Assembly (NCBI GenBank): GCA_963667725.2
Contig: CAXXHO010000003.1
Coordinates: forward strand, 192,001-256,000
Direction: 5' to 3'
Origin: Treponemataceae bacterium
GTDB lineage: Bacteria > Spirochaetota > Spirochaetia > Treponematales > Rectinemataceae
DNA length: 64,000 nt
Numbering within the stretch: position 1 is the stretch's first letter; the number at the start of each line of letters is the position of its first letter. The position numbers and the translations under genes are program-made. Below, piece by piece: positions 29,301-39,322 of the stretch. The notes beneath the pieces are model-generated. The model saw only the letters and a program-made list of their open reading frames with translations. It made no database searches and was not told the origin of the DNA.

Positions 29301-29966
29301 ATGACGAGAAAAATCGTGACGCTTTCCATGCGCGACCAGATTTACGACGCGCTGCGGGATTCCATTCTCAAGAATGCCTATGCTCCCAATTCGGTGCTGC
29401 CGATCGACAGGTTGGCTGAAGATTTTGGCGTCAGCGCCACCCCGGTGAGGGAAGCGCTCGTTCGACTGGAAGCCGAAAATCTCGTCACCCTCATTCCGAA
29501 CAAGGGAGCTATAGTCACCGATATCCAGGCCGACGATATTCTCAACAACTGGGAGATGAGGCAGCTCCTCGAACCTTACGCGGCGGGGAAGAGCGCCAGC
29601 CTGATCCCCGACAGCGAGGTGGAGGCGATACGCGGCGAGATTCTCAGCATCAAGCAGTCTCCCTTCAATAATGACCGTTATGTGGCTTCGGACACTAAAA
29701 TGCACGAGATTCTCTATACCCATCTGCCGAACGCATTTCTCAAGGATACGATCAGGCGAGTGCATCAGATGTCGATAAGGATTCGCTATTTTCCCGAGGA
29801 TTCACCGGCCATGCATGAGCAGATCGTCAACGAGGTTCTTCAGGAGCATCTTTCCATCATTGAGGCCCTCAAGACCCGAGACCCGGCCAAGGTGTCCGAA
29901 AGCGTGCAGACGCACCTCCGCAATGGCGAAAAGCGCGCCATGGCCGCGCTTCTGCGGAAGCGTTGA
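29301..29966 (+). CDS. GntR family regulator (FCD/FadR subfamily)
   Basis: LAEDFGVSATPVREALVRLEAE helix-turn-helix; FCD His residues (MHEIL, EHLSI, THL). Confidence 0.93.
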   Translation: MTRKIVTLSMRDQIYDALRDSILKNAYAPNSVLPIDRLAEDFGVSATPVREALVRLEAENLVTLIPNKGAIVTDIQADDILNNWEMRQLLEPYAAGKSASLIPDSEVEAIRGEILSIKQSPFNNDRYVASDTKMHEILYTHLPNAFLKDTIRRVHQMSIRIRYFPEDSPAMHEQIVNEVLQEHLSIIEALKTRDPAKVSESVQTHLRNGEKRAMAALLRKR

Positions 29967-30120
29967 TGTTTTTGGGCTGCCTTGACGCAGCCCGTTTGCC
30001 GCCATTCTCTTCCATATACATGTTCATCGTCTCGGAACCTTAATCCATCGAGTAACTCTGCCCCGGTACATTTTTAGCGCGCTACAATCTTCTTTTTTGT
30101 GACTTGCGTGATAGATGAAC

Positions 30121-30155
30121 TCATGATATTATTTATGATATAGGATATAGGATAT
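30121..30155 (+). promoter_or_regulatory. Candidate GntR operator, copy 2
   Basis: TCATGATATTATTTATGATATAGGATATAGGATAT, about 95 bp upstream of the TRAP permease. Confidence 0.65.
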
Positions 30156-30249
30156 TATATCTTTAAAATATGTGAGAGAAAAGTCAAGGCAAGCTATGGG
30201 CATCTGTTCATAGCCCTTGAACCCTAAAACATAGTAAGCGAGGTGTGGT

Positions 30250-32211
30250 GTGAAAAAGGAAAATGCGGCGACGATGCCTCAAGGCGCGGCGCCGGCCGAT
30301 GTCGACAAGATAATGCAGAAGGCTGAAGTAGAATCGAGGTACAGAAGAAACTTCCTTCCTGCGTGGAAGATTGTCGTCACTGTCATCTCTATTCTTTTCA
30401 TCTCCTATCATCTTTATACGGCGCGTTTCGGAATGCCCGAAACGATCAAGCACAGAGCGATCCATGTAGGTTTCATTCTCCTGCTCGTGTGGCTCTATTT
30501 CCCCGCGACGACAAAATCGCCGAAAGACAGGCCGAGTTTTGTCGACCTGGGCTTAGTTTTTCTGTCTTTAGCGGTGATTATCTACACCATTCTGGCGCGA
30601 GACGCTTTCCTCATAAGGGCAGGCGTCGCGACATTGGATAATTACATAGCGGGCGGAATCCTGATCCTGCTGATACTGGAAGCTTGCAGACGATCCGTCG
30701 GCTGGCAGCTTCTGGCCCTTGGCCTCATTTTCCTCCTGTATGCCTATGCGGGAAAGTACATCCCCGGCGTTTTTTCGCACAGAGGGTATACGATCCAGCG
30801 AATCATCTATCAGATGTATCTCACGACGCAGGGTATTTTTGGCATACCGATCGAAGTATCCTCTACCTTCCTCATCATCTTCGTTATCCTGGCCGCGACG
30901 CTTGAGAGAAGCGGTTTAGGTAAACTTTTCAACGATGTCGCTCTCGGACTCGGCGGCAAGATGGTCGGTGGACCAGCCAAAGTCGCTGTCGTGGCCTCGG
31001 CCCTCATCGGGACAATTTCCGGCAGCGCTGCTTCGAATGTCGCTACGACGGGCGCCTTCACCATTCCTCTTATGAAGAAGGTGGGCTATAAACCGCATTT
31101 CGCGGGCGCTGTTGAGGCCGCCGCCTCGACTGGCGGCCAAATCATGCCGCCGATCATGGGATCGGCCGCCTTCATCATGGCCGAATTCCTCGGGATGAAG
31201 TACATCGATGTTGCAGCTGCGGCCATAATCCCTTCGCTTCTCTACTTTGCCAGCGTCTTCTTCCAGATAGACCTCAGGGCGAGATCCATGGGACTCAGGG
31301 GCCTGGATAAAAGCGAACTGCCCGATGTCAAAGCAACGGTATTCCGCTATGGCCACATGATTTTCCCGATCATCGTCCTCGTCTACTTTATGACGAGCGG
31401 AAAGACTCCCTTATTCGCCGCTTTCTACACCGTACTCTTCACCGTCATACTTTCTTGGGTCCGCAAGGAGACCAGGATCGATCTCAAGGCAGCGAAGGAC
31501 ATCGCGGTGGCGGCTTCGCGCAGCTCCTTAAGCATCGGTGTAGCGATGGCCAACGCAGGATTCATCATCGCCGTGCTGGCGATGACCGGAATCGGGGCCA
31601 TTCTCGCCGACAATATCGTGCTCCTCTCTCAGGGAAGGATGATCATAGCGCTCGTCCTCTGCATGGTTGTCTGCATCATCCTCGGAATGGGCCTCCCCAC
31701 AAGCGCCTGCTACGTTATCGCGGCATCGATCGCCGTCCCCATACTCACCAAAATGGGCGTCGCTCCCTTCCAGGCTCATTTCTTCATCTTCTACTATGCC
31801 TGCCTCTCCACGATCACGCCCCCCGTCGCCCTTGCCGCCTATGTCGGCGCCGGCCTCGCCGGAGCCAAATCGAGCCAGGTTGGCTGGACTGCCTTCAAGC
31901 TGGCCCTCGCAGGCTTTATCGTTCCTTTCTTCTTCATCTATTCCCCAGCCATGCTCCTGATCGCCGATTCGGCCACGCAGATTATCTTTGCGGCCATAAC
32001 CGGCTTGGCGGGTACGGCTCTCCTGGCCGTGGCCGTTGAAGGCTATCTGACCATCAAACTGCCGATATGGCTGAGGCCAGTGTTTTTTATCGCCGCTCTT
32101 CTCCTGATGGCGCCAGGCACTGTCACAGACTTGATTGGTCTGGGCCTTACGGGCTTGGGTTGGCTTAGCATTCAGCTCATCAAGAAAAACAGGACTGTCG
32201 CGGCTGTTTAA
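30250..32211 (+). CDS. TRAP transporter fused 4TM/12TM permease (TAXI-type)
   Basis: GGPAKVAVVASA, SGSAASNVATTG, EAAASTGGQIMPPIMG, LGMGLPT, ITPPVALAAY. Confidence 0.95.
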   Translation: MKKENAATMPQGAAPADVDKIMQKAEVESRYRRNFLPAWKIVVTVISILFISYHLYTARFGMPETIKHRAIHVGFILLLVWLYFPATTKSPKDRPSFVDLGLVFLSLAVIIYTILARDAFLIRAGVATLDNYIAGGILILLILEACRRSVGWQLLALGLIFLLYAYAGKYIPGVFSHRGYTIQRIIYQMYLTTQGIFGIPIEVSSTFLIIFVILAATLERSGLGKLFNDVALGLGGKMVGGPAKVAVVASALIGTISGSAASNVATTGAFTIPLMKKVGYKPHFAGAVEAAASTGGQIMPPIMGSAAFIMAEFLGMKYIDVAAAAIIPSLLYFASVFFQIDLRARSMGLRGLDKSELPDVKATVFRYGHMIFPIIVLVYFMTSGKTPLFAAFYTVLFTVILSWVRKETRIDLKAAKDIAVAASRSSLSIGVAMANAGFIIAVLAMTGIGAILADNIVLLSQGRMIIALVLCMVVCIILGMGLPTSACYVIAASIAVPILTKMGVAPFQAHFFIFYYACLSTITPPVALAAYVGAGLAGAKSSQVGWTAFKLALAGFIVPFFFIYSPAMLLIADSATQIIFAAITGLAGTALLAVAVEGYLTIKLPIWLRPVFFIAALLLMAPGTVTDLIGLGLTGLGWLSIQLIKKNRTVAAV

Positions 32212-32284
32212 TTTGGACTGCTGCCGGGCTTAGTCCCGGCAATGTATGTTAATGTAGCAATGTGCGTAGAAGGAGGTTTCTACA

Positions 32285-33256
32285 ATGAAGAAAACCGGAA
32301 GCAAAGCGCTCTTCGTCATGATGATCGCCCTAATTCTCGGTGGATCGGGTCTCTTCGCCGCCCCTATCCTGCAGCTCACCATGGGAACGGCTGGCGTAAG
32401 CGGAACCAACTATCCCGTCGGCATCGCCATGTGCACGCTGTGGAATCAGAACATCACCGGCATCAAGGCCGTAGCCATCGCGACGGGCGGAAGTCCCCAC
32501 AATATCGACTTGCTGAGGACCAAGGACGCTGATATCGCTCAGGTTCGTTCCCTCGAAGCCTATCGCGCCACCAACGGGATTGCCCCCTACCCCGAAAAGA
32601 TGCCCTGGATTCGTGCCATCACCGGCGGACTCTTCATGGACGTTTTCCAGGTCGTAGCCTCCAAATCGAGCGGCATTAAATCAGTCGCTGATTTTAAGGG
32701 CAAGCGGATCGTGGTTGGTCCAGTAGGATCCGGCGGCGAAGTCGATGCCCGCGAGACGCTCGCTGCCTACGGCTTGACCTACAAGGACGTGAAGGCCAGT
32801 TTTGTCGAATATACACAGGGTATCGAGATGATGCAGGATGGTCTCGCCGACGCTGGAATCCTCGGTCTGGCCATGGGCGCGGCCGGCATGACCGAACTTC
32901 TTCTCGACGGCAAGGTACAGCTTGTGCCGATTACCGACGCCGCGCTCGCCAACTTGAAGAAGGTCAATGTGGCATATACCCGCCGCGATATACCAGCCAA
33001 TACCTATCCCCACCAGACTGCTCCTGTCCCAACGGTTGGAACGCCTCCCGATGTCATCATGGCACGCGCCGAAATGGACGCTGACCTCGTGTACAAGATG
33101 ACGAAAACACTCTATGAGAATCTGCCCACCATCCAGAATGTCGCGGCGCTTCTCAAGCAGTTCACCAAGGACCTCGTGCTGCCGGATGACCAGATGCTCA
33201 TTCCCTACCACCCCGGCGCCAGGAAGTACTTCGTCGAGCAGGGCTGGCTCAAATAA
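32285..33256 (+). CDS. TAXI family TRAP solute-binding protein
   Basis: Signal peptide; GTAGVSGTNYPVG, TGGSPHN, GPVGSG, IPANTY, IPYHPGARKYF. Confidence 0.93.
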   Translation: MKKTGSKALFVMMIALILGGSGLFAAPILQLTMGTAGVSGTNYPVGIAMCTLWNQNITGIKAVAIATGGSPHNIDLLRTKDADIAQVRSLEAYRATNGIAPYPEKMPWIRAITGGLFMDVFQVVASKSSGIKSVADFKGKRIVVGPVGSGGEVDARETLAAYGLTYKDVKASFVEYTQGIEMMQDGLADAGILGLAMGAAGMTELLLDGKVQLVPITDAALANLKKVNVAYTRRDIPANTYPHQTAPVPTVGTPPDVIMARAEMDADLVYKMTKTLYENLPTIQNVAALLKQFTKDLVLPDDQMLIPYHPGARKYFVEQGWLK

Positions 33257-33285
33257 GTCCAGTCGATAGAAACGGTTTTTAAAGC

Positions 33286-33316
33286 GAGCCCCGGAAGCGA
33301 TTCCGGGGCTCTTTTT
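33286..33316 (+). terminator. Intrinsic terminator after the TRAP operon
   Basis: GAGCCCCGGAA-GCGA-TTCCGGGGCTC followed by T5. Confidence 0.85.
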
Positions 33317-33356
33317 CGATGGGAAAGCGCTCAGGCCGCGAGGCCACTTCTTGAGG

Positions 33357-35027
33357 CTATCCGATGTCTTTCGGTTCCCTGTATCCCGGCAGCCTCTGAT
33401 GCGGGTAATCCCAGGTTTCCGCCGGCAGGAAATTCTCCTTTACCGTCCTGACCGATGTCCACCGCATGAGGTTAAAGACGCTTCCCGCCTTGTCGTTCGT
33501 CCCCGAGGCTCTCGCCCCGCCAAAAGGCTGCTGGCCGACGACAGCTCCCGTCGACTTGTCGTTGATATAGAAGTTACCGGCGCAGTCCGAGAGGGCATCT
33601 GACATTTTCTCTATCACCCTCCTGTCGTTGGCGAATATCGATCCCGTCAGCGCGAAGGGGCTCGTGGCGTCCACTAGATCCAGCGTTTCGTCGAACTTGT
33701 CGCTGTCGTAGACATAGACCGTCAGGATCGGGCCGAAAATCTCCTCAGACATAAGTTTGCCCGCGGGATTGTTCGTCTCGATAATAGTCGCCGGTATGAA
33801 CCAGCCTTCGCTGTCGTCGCAGTCGCCTCCAACGATGAATTTGTATTCGTCGGGCTTGGCCTTGGCATAGTCGATGTAGGAAACGATGTTCCTGAAAGCC
33901 TTTTTGTCGATGACCGCCCCCATGAAGGTGGAAAAGTCCGCGACATCGCCCATGGCGGCGGACTCCGCGAATCCGACGAGCTTGTCCCGGACCTTCTGCC
34001 AGATGGAGCGAGGTATATAGGCGCGGCTCGTGGCCGAGCATTTCTGCCCCTGGTACTCGAACGCGCCACGGAACAGCGCCACCGCCAGAGCTTGGACATC
34101 ACAGTCCTCGTGGGCGATCAGAAAATTCTTGCCGCCCGTCTCCCCGACGATGCGGGGGTATACTTTATACCTATTCGCCGCGAGGTTATTCGCTATGTCG
34201 ACCCACATCGCGTTGAAGGTGGAGGTGGAGCCCGTGAAGTGCAGCCCAGCGAAATGTCGGCTGGCGATGGCCGGCCCGCCGACGCTGGCCCCGTCGCCCG
34301 GAACGAAATTGATCACCCCGGGAGGCAGGCCGGCTTCCTTCAGCAGCTCCATGATATAATAATTGGAGAGCACCGCGGAGCTTGCCGGCTTCCAGACGAC
34401 CGTGTTGCCCATCATGGCGGGAGCCGTCGGCAAATTCCCGCAGATGGACGTGAAGTTGAAAGGCGTCACGGCGAAGACGAAGCCCTCGAGGGGCCTGTAC
34501 TCCAGTCTGTTCCAAGTCCTCTCCCCGTTATATTCGGGCTGCGTGGCATAGATTTGCCGGGCATAATGAACATTGAAGCGGAAGAAATCGATCAGCTCGC
34601 ATGCCGAGTCGATCTCCGCCTGGTAGACGTTCTTGCTCTGTCCCAGCATAGTCGCCGCGTTCAGCTTCTGGCGGAACCGCGTGGACAGAAGATCGGCTGC
34701 CTTGAGAAAAATCGCGGCCCTGGCCTCCCAGGGCATCCTCTTCCATTCGGCCCTGGATTCGACCGCTTTTTGAGCCGCCATGTCCACCATCGCGGGACTC
34801 GCCTTGTGATAGGTCGCCAGCAAGGCCTTATGGTTGTGGGGCGAACGTATTTCCCCCATGAGCCCGGTGCGAATCTCTTCGCCCCCGATTATCAGCGGTA
34901 TCTCGACAGGTTCGGATCCCTGGCGCGCAAGCTCGAGGGCAAGCGCTCCCGTTTCGGGACAATCAGGCGCGTAATTGTAGACGTGTTCGTTGAGCGGAAA
35001 GGGTGAGGAAAAAATCCCGTCCTGCAT
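33357..35027 (-). CDS. pruA: L-glutamate gamma-semialdehyde (1-pyrroline-5-carboxylate) dehydrogenase
   Basis: AATMLGQSK, EIDSACELIDFFRFN, PFNFT, ETGGKN, FEYQGQKCSA, QQPFGGARASGTNDKAG; RBS AAGGAG before 35027. Confidence 0.93.
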   Translation of the reverse strand: MQDGIFSSPFPLNEHVYNYAPDCPETGALALELARQGSEPVEIPLIIGGEEIRTGLMGEIRSPHNHKALLATYHKASPAMVDMAAQKAVESRAEWKRMPWEARAAIFLKAADLLSTRFRQKLNAATMLGQSKNVYQAEIDSACELIDFFRFNVHYARQIYATQPEYNGERTWNRLEYRPLEGFVFAVTPFNFTSICGNLPTAPAMMGNTVVWKPASSAVLSNYYIMELLKEAGLPPGVINFVPGDGASVGGPAIASRHFAGLHFTGSTSTFNAMWVDIANNLAANRYKVYPRIVGETGGKNFLIAHEDCDVQALAVALFRGAFEYQGQKCSATSRAYIPRSIWQKVRDKLVGFAESAAMGDVADFSTFMGAVIDKKAFRNIVSYIDYAKAKPDEYKFIVGGDCDDSEGWFIPATIIETNNPAGKLMSEEIFGPILTVYVYDSDKFDETLDLVDATSPFALTGSIFANDRRVIEKMSDALSDCAGNFYINDKSTGAVVGQQPFGGARASGTNDKAGSVFNLMRWTSVRTVKENFLPAETWDYPHQRLPGYREPKDIG

Positions 35028-35308
35028 GATGAGTCTCCTTTTGTCTGGATGCGCTCCGATGCCGGATGGGTATGACAAACCGCGACGAGACTGGGACCGC
35101 GAATTTCCGAAAAGGGAATTACCGTCTTTCATTTCGCCCGCGGATGCGTCCTTTCCAAGCATGGGAGATCCGCCTCTTTCGGGACGAACCCATTGACTTA
35201 TCCCCATAGAGCCGATCCTGTGGAAGGAACGGTCCTTAGGCGGGAAAAGCTTCAGAGCATCGAGGAAAATGTATCATTATATGCGGAGGGAGAACAGCCG
35301 GGCGGCCA

Positions 35309-37123
35309 TTATTTTAGAGGCAGCCGGATCGTGAAAACCGAACCTTCTCCCGACCAGCTTTCCGCCTGCACCGAACCGCCATGGGCGATGGCGATATGGC
35401 GTACGATGGCGAGTCCCAGGCCAGTGCCGCCCGATTTCCTGTCCCGGGATTTATCGGCGCGGTAGAAACGCTCGAAAATGCGTTCCAGGTCTGGGGCGGG
35501 AATTCCCGATCCCCTGTCCCTAACGCGCAGTTCGACGATGCCGTTCCCGGCTTCCGCTTCTAGCGTCACGATGGAGCCCTGCGGCGAATATCGTATGGCG
35601 TTCTCGAGGAGATTGGTGAGCGCCTGCTCGACGAGACCCGGATTAGCCATGAGACGAAGGCCGCTCTGGACGGCGGATTCCAGTCGTATGGACTTCAGTT
35701 CGGCCTGGTTTTTCACGTTCTCGAAAGCCGCCGCTCCTATGTCCTCAACAAGGCAGGATTCCATGCTGAGCCATCCGGAAGGGTCTTTCTCGAGCCGGGC
35801 TAGGGACAGAAGATCTTCCACGATCCTTTCCATGCGGAGCGCGTTCTTCTCGATGATCTCGAGGTATCGATCCGCCGCTTCGCCTTCGAGGCCTCCGGAG
35901 CGGAGGGTTTCCGCGAAACCCCGGATGAGGTGGATGGGTGTGCGCAGTTCGTGCGAGACATTCGCGACGAAATCGGTACGCATGGTTTCGAGTCGCTTCA
36001 TCATGCTTATATCGCTGATGGCGAGGACGATGCCCTGCTTTTCCGCGCCGCCGAGAAGCGACGCGTTGACCCGCACGATTTTTTCGCTTCCGGGATAGAG
36101 ATTCACCTCATCGGCGACAGCCCTATCCGAGGCGATGCAGCGGTTCGCGATCGACACGAGGCCCGAGATTCCGGCGATCTGGGTGAGGAGAAGGCCTAGG
36201 AGGGTTCCCGGCTCGGCGCCAAGCATGGCGTGGGCGGCGGGGTTGGCCTCGATGATCTTGAGGCTGCAGTCGAGCGCCATGATGGCTTCGCCCGCCGAAT
36301 CGAGAATCGCCGAGAAGCGTTTGCCCAAAGCCTCAGCTTCTGCCGCTTTCTTGTTGAGATCGGCGGCCATCGAATCAAGGGATTCTTCCAGAACCTTCAG
36401 TTCACGCGGCATGTGGTCGGCTTGTCGGCGCAGGGGAGGGGGCTGAGAGGCGCCGCGAGCCTCAGCCGCGGCATCCGATCCCATGTCGCCTCTCGCGTGC
36501 AGCCGGGCTCGGTCGGCAAGCAGGACCACGGGACGATCGAGGATGCGTACCAGCGCCGCGCTTCCCGCGAGGGCGGCGAGAGCTGCGACGAGCGCGGCCA
36601 GGATCATGGATCTTCGGGCGTCGCCGAGGCTTTCCATGAGGCCAGGGAGGGGGAGGGCCAGGCGGAGGGCGCCCGTTATGGTTTTCCCGTCCGGAGCGCG
36701 CAGCGGAATGGCCGCGTAAAGCATCCATTCGCCCAAGGTCGTCGAGAGACGTCGGGACCAGGAAGCCCTGCCCGCGAGAGCGCCGGCGACTTCGGTCCGG
36801 TCCGAATGGTTGGACATCGAAATGGAATCGGCGCTTGAATCGCCAGCGACCCTCCCCGAAATATCGATCAACGTGACCCTATAGCCCGATTCGGTTCCGA
36901 CATCGGCGCAGAAAAGGGCCGCCGCGCCGGGATTCGAAGTCGAATTCCAGTCCTCGGGCAGAAAAGCGGCCGCCGCAACGGCAGCCCGTTCAAGACCATC
37001 GGCGTTCGACCTGATGTACGCTCGCTCGGAGATGGCGATGCTGAGCGCGAGGACGAGGACGGCCACCGAGAGGACGGCAGCCGAAATGACCGCCAGGCTC
37101 CTGGCGAAAAGGCTCCGTCTCAC
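35309..37123 (-). CDS. phoR: Phosphate regulon sensor histidine kinase
   Basis: TM-HAMP-like-PAS; DFVANVSHELRTP, NLLENAIRY, FERFYRADKSR, GTGLGLAIVRH; last gene of the pst/pho operon. Confidence 0.88.
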   Translation of the reverse strand: MRRSLFARSLAVISAAVLSVAVLVLALSIAISERAYIRSNADGLERAAVAAAAFLPEDWNSTSNPGAAALFCADVGTESGYRVTLIDISGRVAGDSSADSISMSNHSDRTEVAGALAGRASWSRRLSTTLGEWMLYAAIPLRAPDGKTITGALRLALPLPGLMESLGDARRSMILAALVAALAALAGSAALVRILDRPVVLLADRARLHARGDMGSDAAAEARGASQPPPLRRQADHMPRELKVLEESLDSMAADLNKKAAEAEALGKRFSAILDSAGEAIMALDCSLKIIEANPAAHAMLGAEPGTLLGLLLTQIAGISGLVSIANRCIASDRAVADEVNLYPGSEKIVRVNASLLGGAEKQGIVLAISDISMMKRLETMRTDFVANVSHELRTPIHLIRGFAETLRSGGLEGEAADRYLEIIEKNALRMERIVEDLLSLARLEKDPSGWLSMESCLVEDIGAAAFENVKNQAELKSIRLESAVQSGLRLMANPGLVEQALTNLLENAIRYSPQGSIVTLEAEAGNGIVELRVRDRGSGIPAPDLERIFERFYRADKSRDRKSGGTGLGLAIVRHIAIAHGGSVQAESWSGEGSVFTIRLPLK

Positions 37124-37830
37124 GGCGTGCCCCTGAATCTATACCCTATGCCTCGCACCGTTTCGATGAAGGCGCCCTCGTCGCCCAGTTTCCGCCTGAG
37201 CGAGAGGATATGAACGTCGAGGGAGCGGTCGGTGACGGGATAATCGTCGCCTTTCGTCTTCGCGATGGCCTGGGCCCTCGTGAACACTCGTCCCGGTTCG
37301 CGCATCAGAAGCTCCAGGAAGGCAAATTCCGTAGCGGAGAGATCTATGGGCCTTCCCTTCGCGATTACCTCATGCCGCAATGGATCGAGGACTATCCCCG
37401 AAACCTCCAGGGAATCGCTCTTTTTTTCCGTCTTGCCTTCGACGCGCCTGAGAAGCGAACGGATTCGCGCGACGAGAACCTTGGGACTGAAGGGTTTGGC
37501 TATGTAGTCGTCCGCGCCGAGATCGAGGCCGACGACGACGTCCGCTTCCTCCCCGCGCGCTGAGGCTATGATGACGGGAAGGGCGGCGCTTTTCGGCCGC
37601 GAACGCAGCGCGCGCAGGACGGCGAGGCCGTCCATGCCGGGGAGCATTAGGTCGAGGACGCAGAGATTCACATCGCTCTTTTCAATGAGGTCGCCCGCTT
37701 CGATGAGGGCGAGGGCTTTTTCGCCGTTTTCGGCGAGGAGACTCCGCCAGCCTTCCTTGCGGAAAGAGACGGCGAGAAGTTCAGCGATATCAGGATCGTC
37801 TTCCACGATCAGAATTGTCGGTCCATCCAT
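37120..37830 (-). CDS. phoB: OmpR/PhoB family response regulator
   Basis: ILIVEDD, LDLMLPGMDG, GADDYIAKPF, IETVRGIGYRF; operon context. Confidence 0.85.
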   Translation of the reverse strand: MDGPTILIVEDDPDIAELLAVSFRKEGWRSLLAENGEKALALIEAGDLIEKSDVNLCVLDLMLPGMDGLAVLRALRSRPKSAALPVIIASARGEEADVVVGLDLGADDYIAKPFSPKVLVARIRSLLRRVEGKTEKKSDSLEVSGIVLDPLRHEVIAKGRPIDLSATEFAFLELLMREPGRVFTRAQAIAKTKGDDYPVTDRSLDVHILSLRRKLGDEGAFIETVRGIGYRFRGTP

Positions 37831-37843
37831 TCCGCTTCCCTCC

Positions 37844-38503
37844 TCATTCATTCAGTCCCACCCTCGTGCCCTTCACCATGAAGACGATATCCTCGCAGGC
37901 GTTGGTCATGTGGTCGCCCAGACGCTCGAGGTAGCCCGAGGTGGTGAGGAGCTTGGCGGCCCGCTCTGCCTCCTGGGGTCTTTCGCGCATCATGGCGAGC
38001 ACGTCGTTGATCAGGGCCTTGTGCTCGCCATCCACGATATCATCCATCGCGGCCGCGCTCAACGCCAGTTCCACCGAGCGGTCGCAGAAGGCCCTGGCCG
38101 TGTTTCGCATCATGGTTCCGTCGATCTCGGCCATGTGGGCGAGGCGTTCGATCATGCGCGACTTGGGTTCGCCAGCGAACTTGCCCGTGGCCTTGGCCAG
38201 GTGCACCGCGTAATCGGCCGCCCTCTCGTAGTCGCCCGCTATCTTGGACGCCGCCACGAGGATCCTCAAGTCCCCCGCCACGGGCTGCTGGGTGGCGAGG
38301 GCTACGGCGACGAGGTCTTCTATGTCGACCTGGAGGCGGTCGATCTCGGCGTCGCCCTTTTTCACGTCCTTTACGAGATCCATGTCCTGGTTCCGAATGG
38401 CGAGGGAAGCCTTGAGGAGGGCTTCCTCGGCCTTGGCGGCGATGAGGGTGATGGCGGCGTCGATCTGGGCGAGTTCTTCGGTCAATCTGGTCCTGTCGGT
38501 CAT
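37844..38503 (-). CDS. phoU: Phosphate signalling protein PhoU
   Basis: QQPVAGDLR, ERAADYA, LERLGDHMTN. Confidence 0.93.
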   Translation of the reverse strand: MTDRTRLTEELAQIDAAITLIAAKAEEALLKASLAIRNQDMDLVKDVKKGDAEIDRLQVDIEDLVAVALATQQPVAGDLRILVAASKIAGDYERAADYAVHLAKATGKFAGEPKSRMIERLAHMAEIDGTMMRNTARAFCDRSVELALSAAAMDDIVDGEHKALINDVLAMMRERPQEAERAAKLLTTSGYLERLGDHMTNACEDIVFMVKGTRVGLNE

Positions 38504-38563
38504 TTTCCCGTCCTGTAGGTCATTGTTTTTTCCTGTTATCCTGTCTGGCTTTTTAAACGATTC

Positions 38564-39322
38564 TCAACCGAAGCGCCCCGAGATATACCGTTCCGTGCGC
38601 TCGTCCTTCGGGGTGACGAAGAGCTGTCTGGTGGGGGCGTATTCGACCAGGTCGCCCGTGAGGAAGAAAGCCGTGCTGTCCGAAACGCGGCCAGCCTGCT
38701 GCATGTTGTGCGTCACGATGATGATAGTATACAGGCTTTTTAGGTCTTCTAGGAGGGATTCTATCTTGGCCGTCGAAAGTGGATCGAGAGCGCTCGTCGG
38801 CTCATCCATGAGGAGTATCTCGGGCTTCAGCGCCAAGGCCCGCGCTATGCAGAGCCTCTGCTGCTGGCCTCCCGAGAGGGCGTAGGCGCTGCGCTTCAAT
38901 TTGTCCTTCACCTCGTCCCAGAGGGCGGCCTGCTTCAGGCTGGATTCCACCAGCTCGTCCATATCTCCCGTCCATCCGTTGATGCGTGCGCCCCAGGCGA
39001 TATTCTCGTAGATGCTTTTCGGGAAAGGATTGGGCTTCTGGAAGACCATGCCTATGTTCCTGCGCACCTGGACGGCGTCGACGGCCGCGTCGTAGATATT
39101 GACGCCGTGGAAGAGCACCTGGCCCCTGGTCTTCGTGTCGGGAATGAGCTCGTTCATGCGGTTGAAGGCGCGCAGGGCCGTGCTTTTCCCGCAGCCCGAG
39201 GGGCCGATGATGGCCGTCACCGAGCGTTTCGCGAAGGCCATCGTCAGGTCGCGCACACCGATGTGGCCGTCGGCGTATTCTATGGTCATGTTCCGCACGT
39301 CGAGTGCAATTTCATTGTTCAC
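38564..39322 (-). CDS. pstB: Phosphate ABC transporter ATPase
   Basis: [48 protein letters not shown] start overlapping the pstA stop. Confidence 0.95.
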   Translation of the reverse strand: MNNEIALDVRNMTIEYADGHIGVRDLTMAFAKRSVTAIIGPSGCGKSTALRAFNRMNELIPDTKTRGQVLFHGVNIYDAAVDAVQVRRNIGMVFQKPNPFPKSIYENIAWGARINGWTGDMDELVESSLKQAALWDEVKDKLKRSAYALSGGQQQRLCIARALALKPEILLMDEPTSALDPLSTAKIESLLEDLKSLYTIIIVTHNMQQAGRVSDSTAFFLTGDLVEYAPTRQLFVTPKDERTERYISGRFG

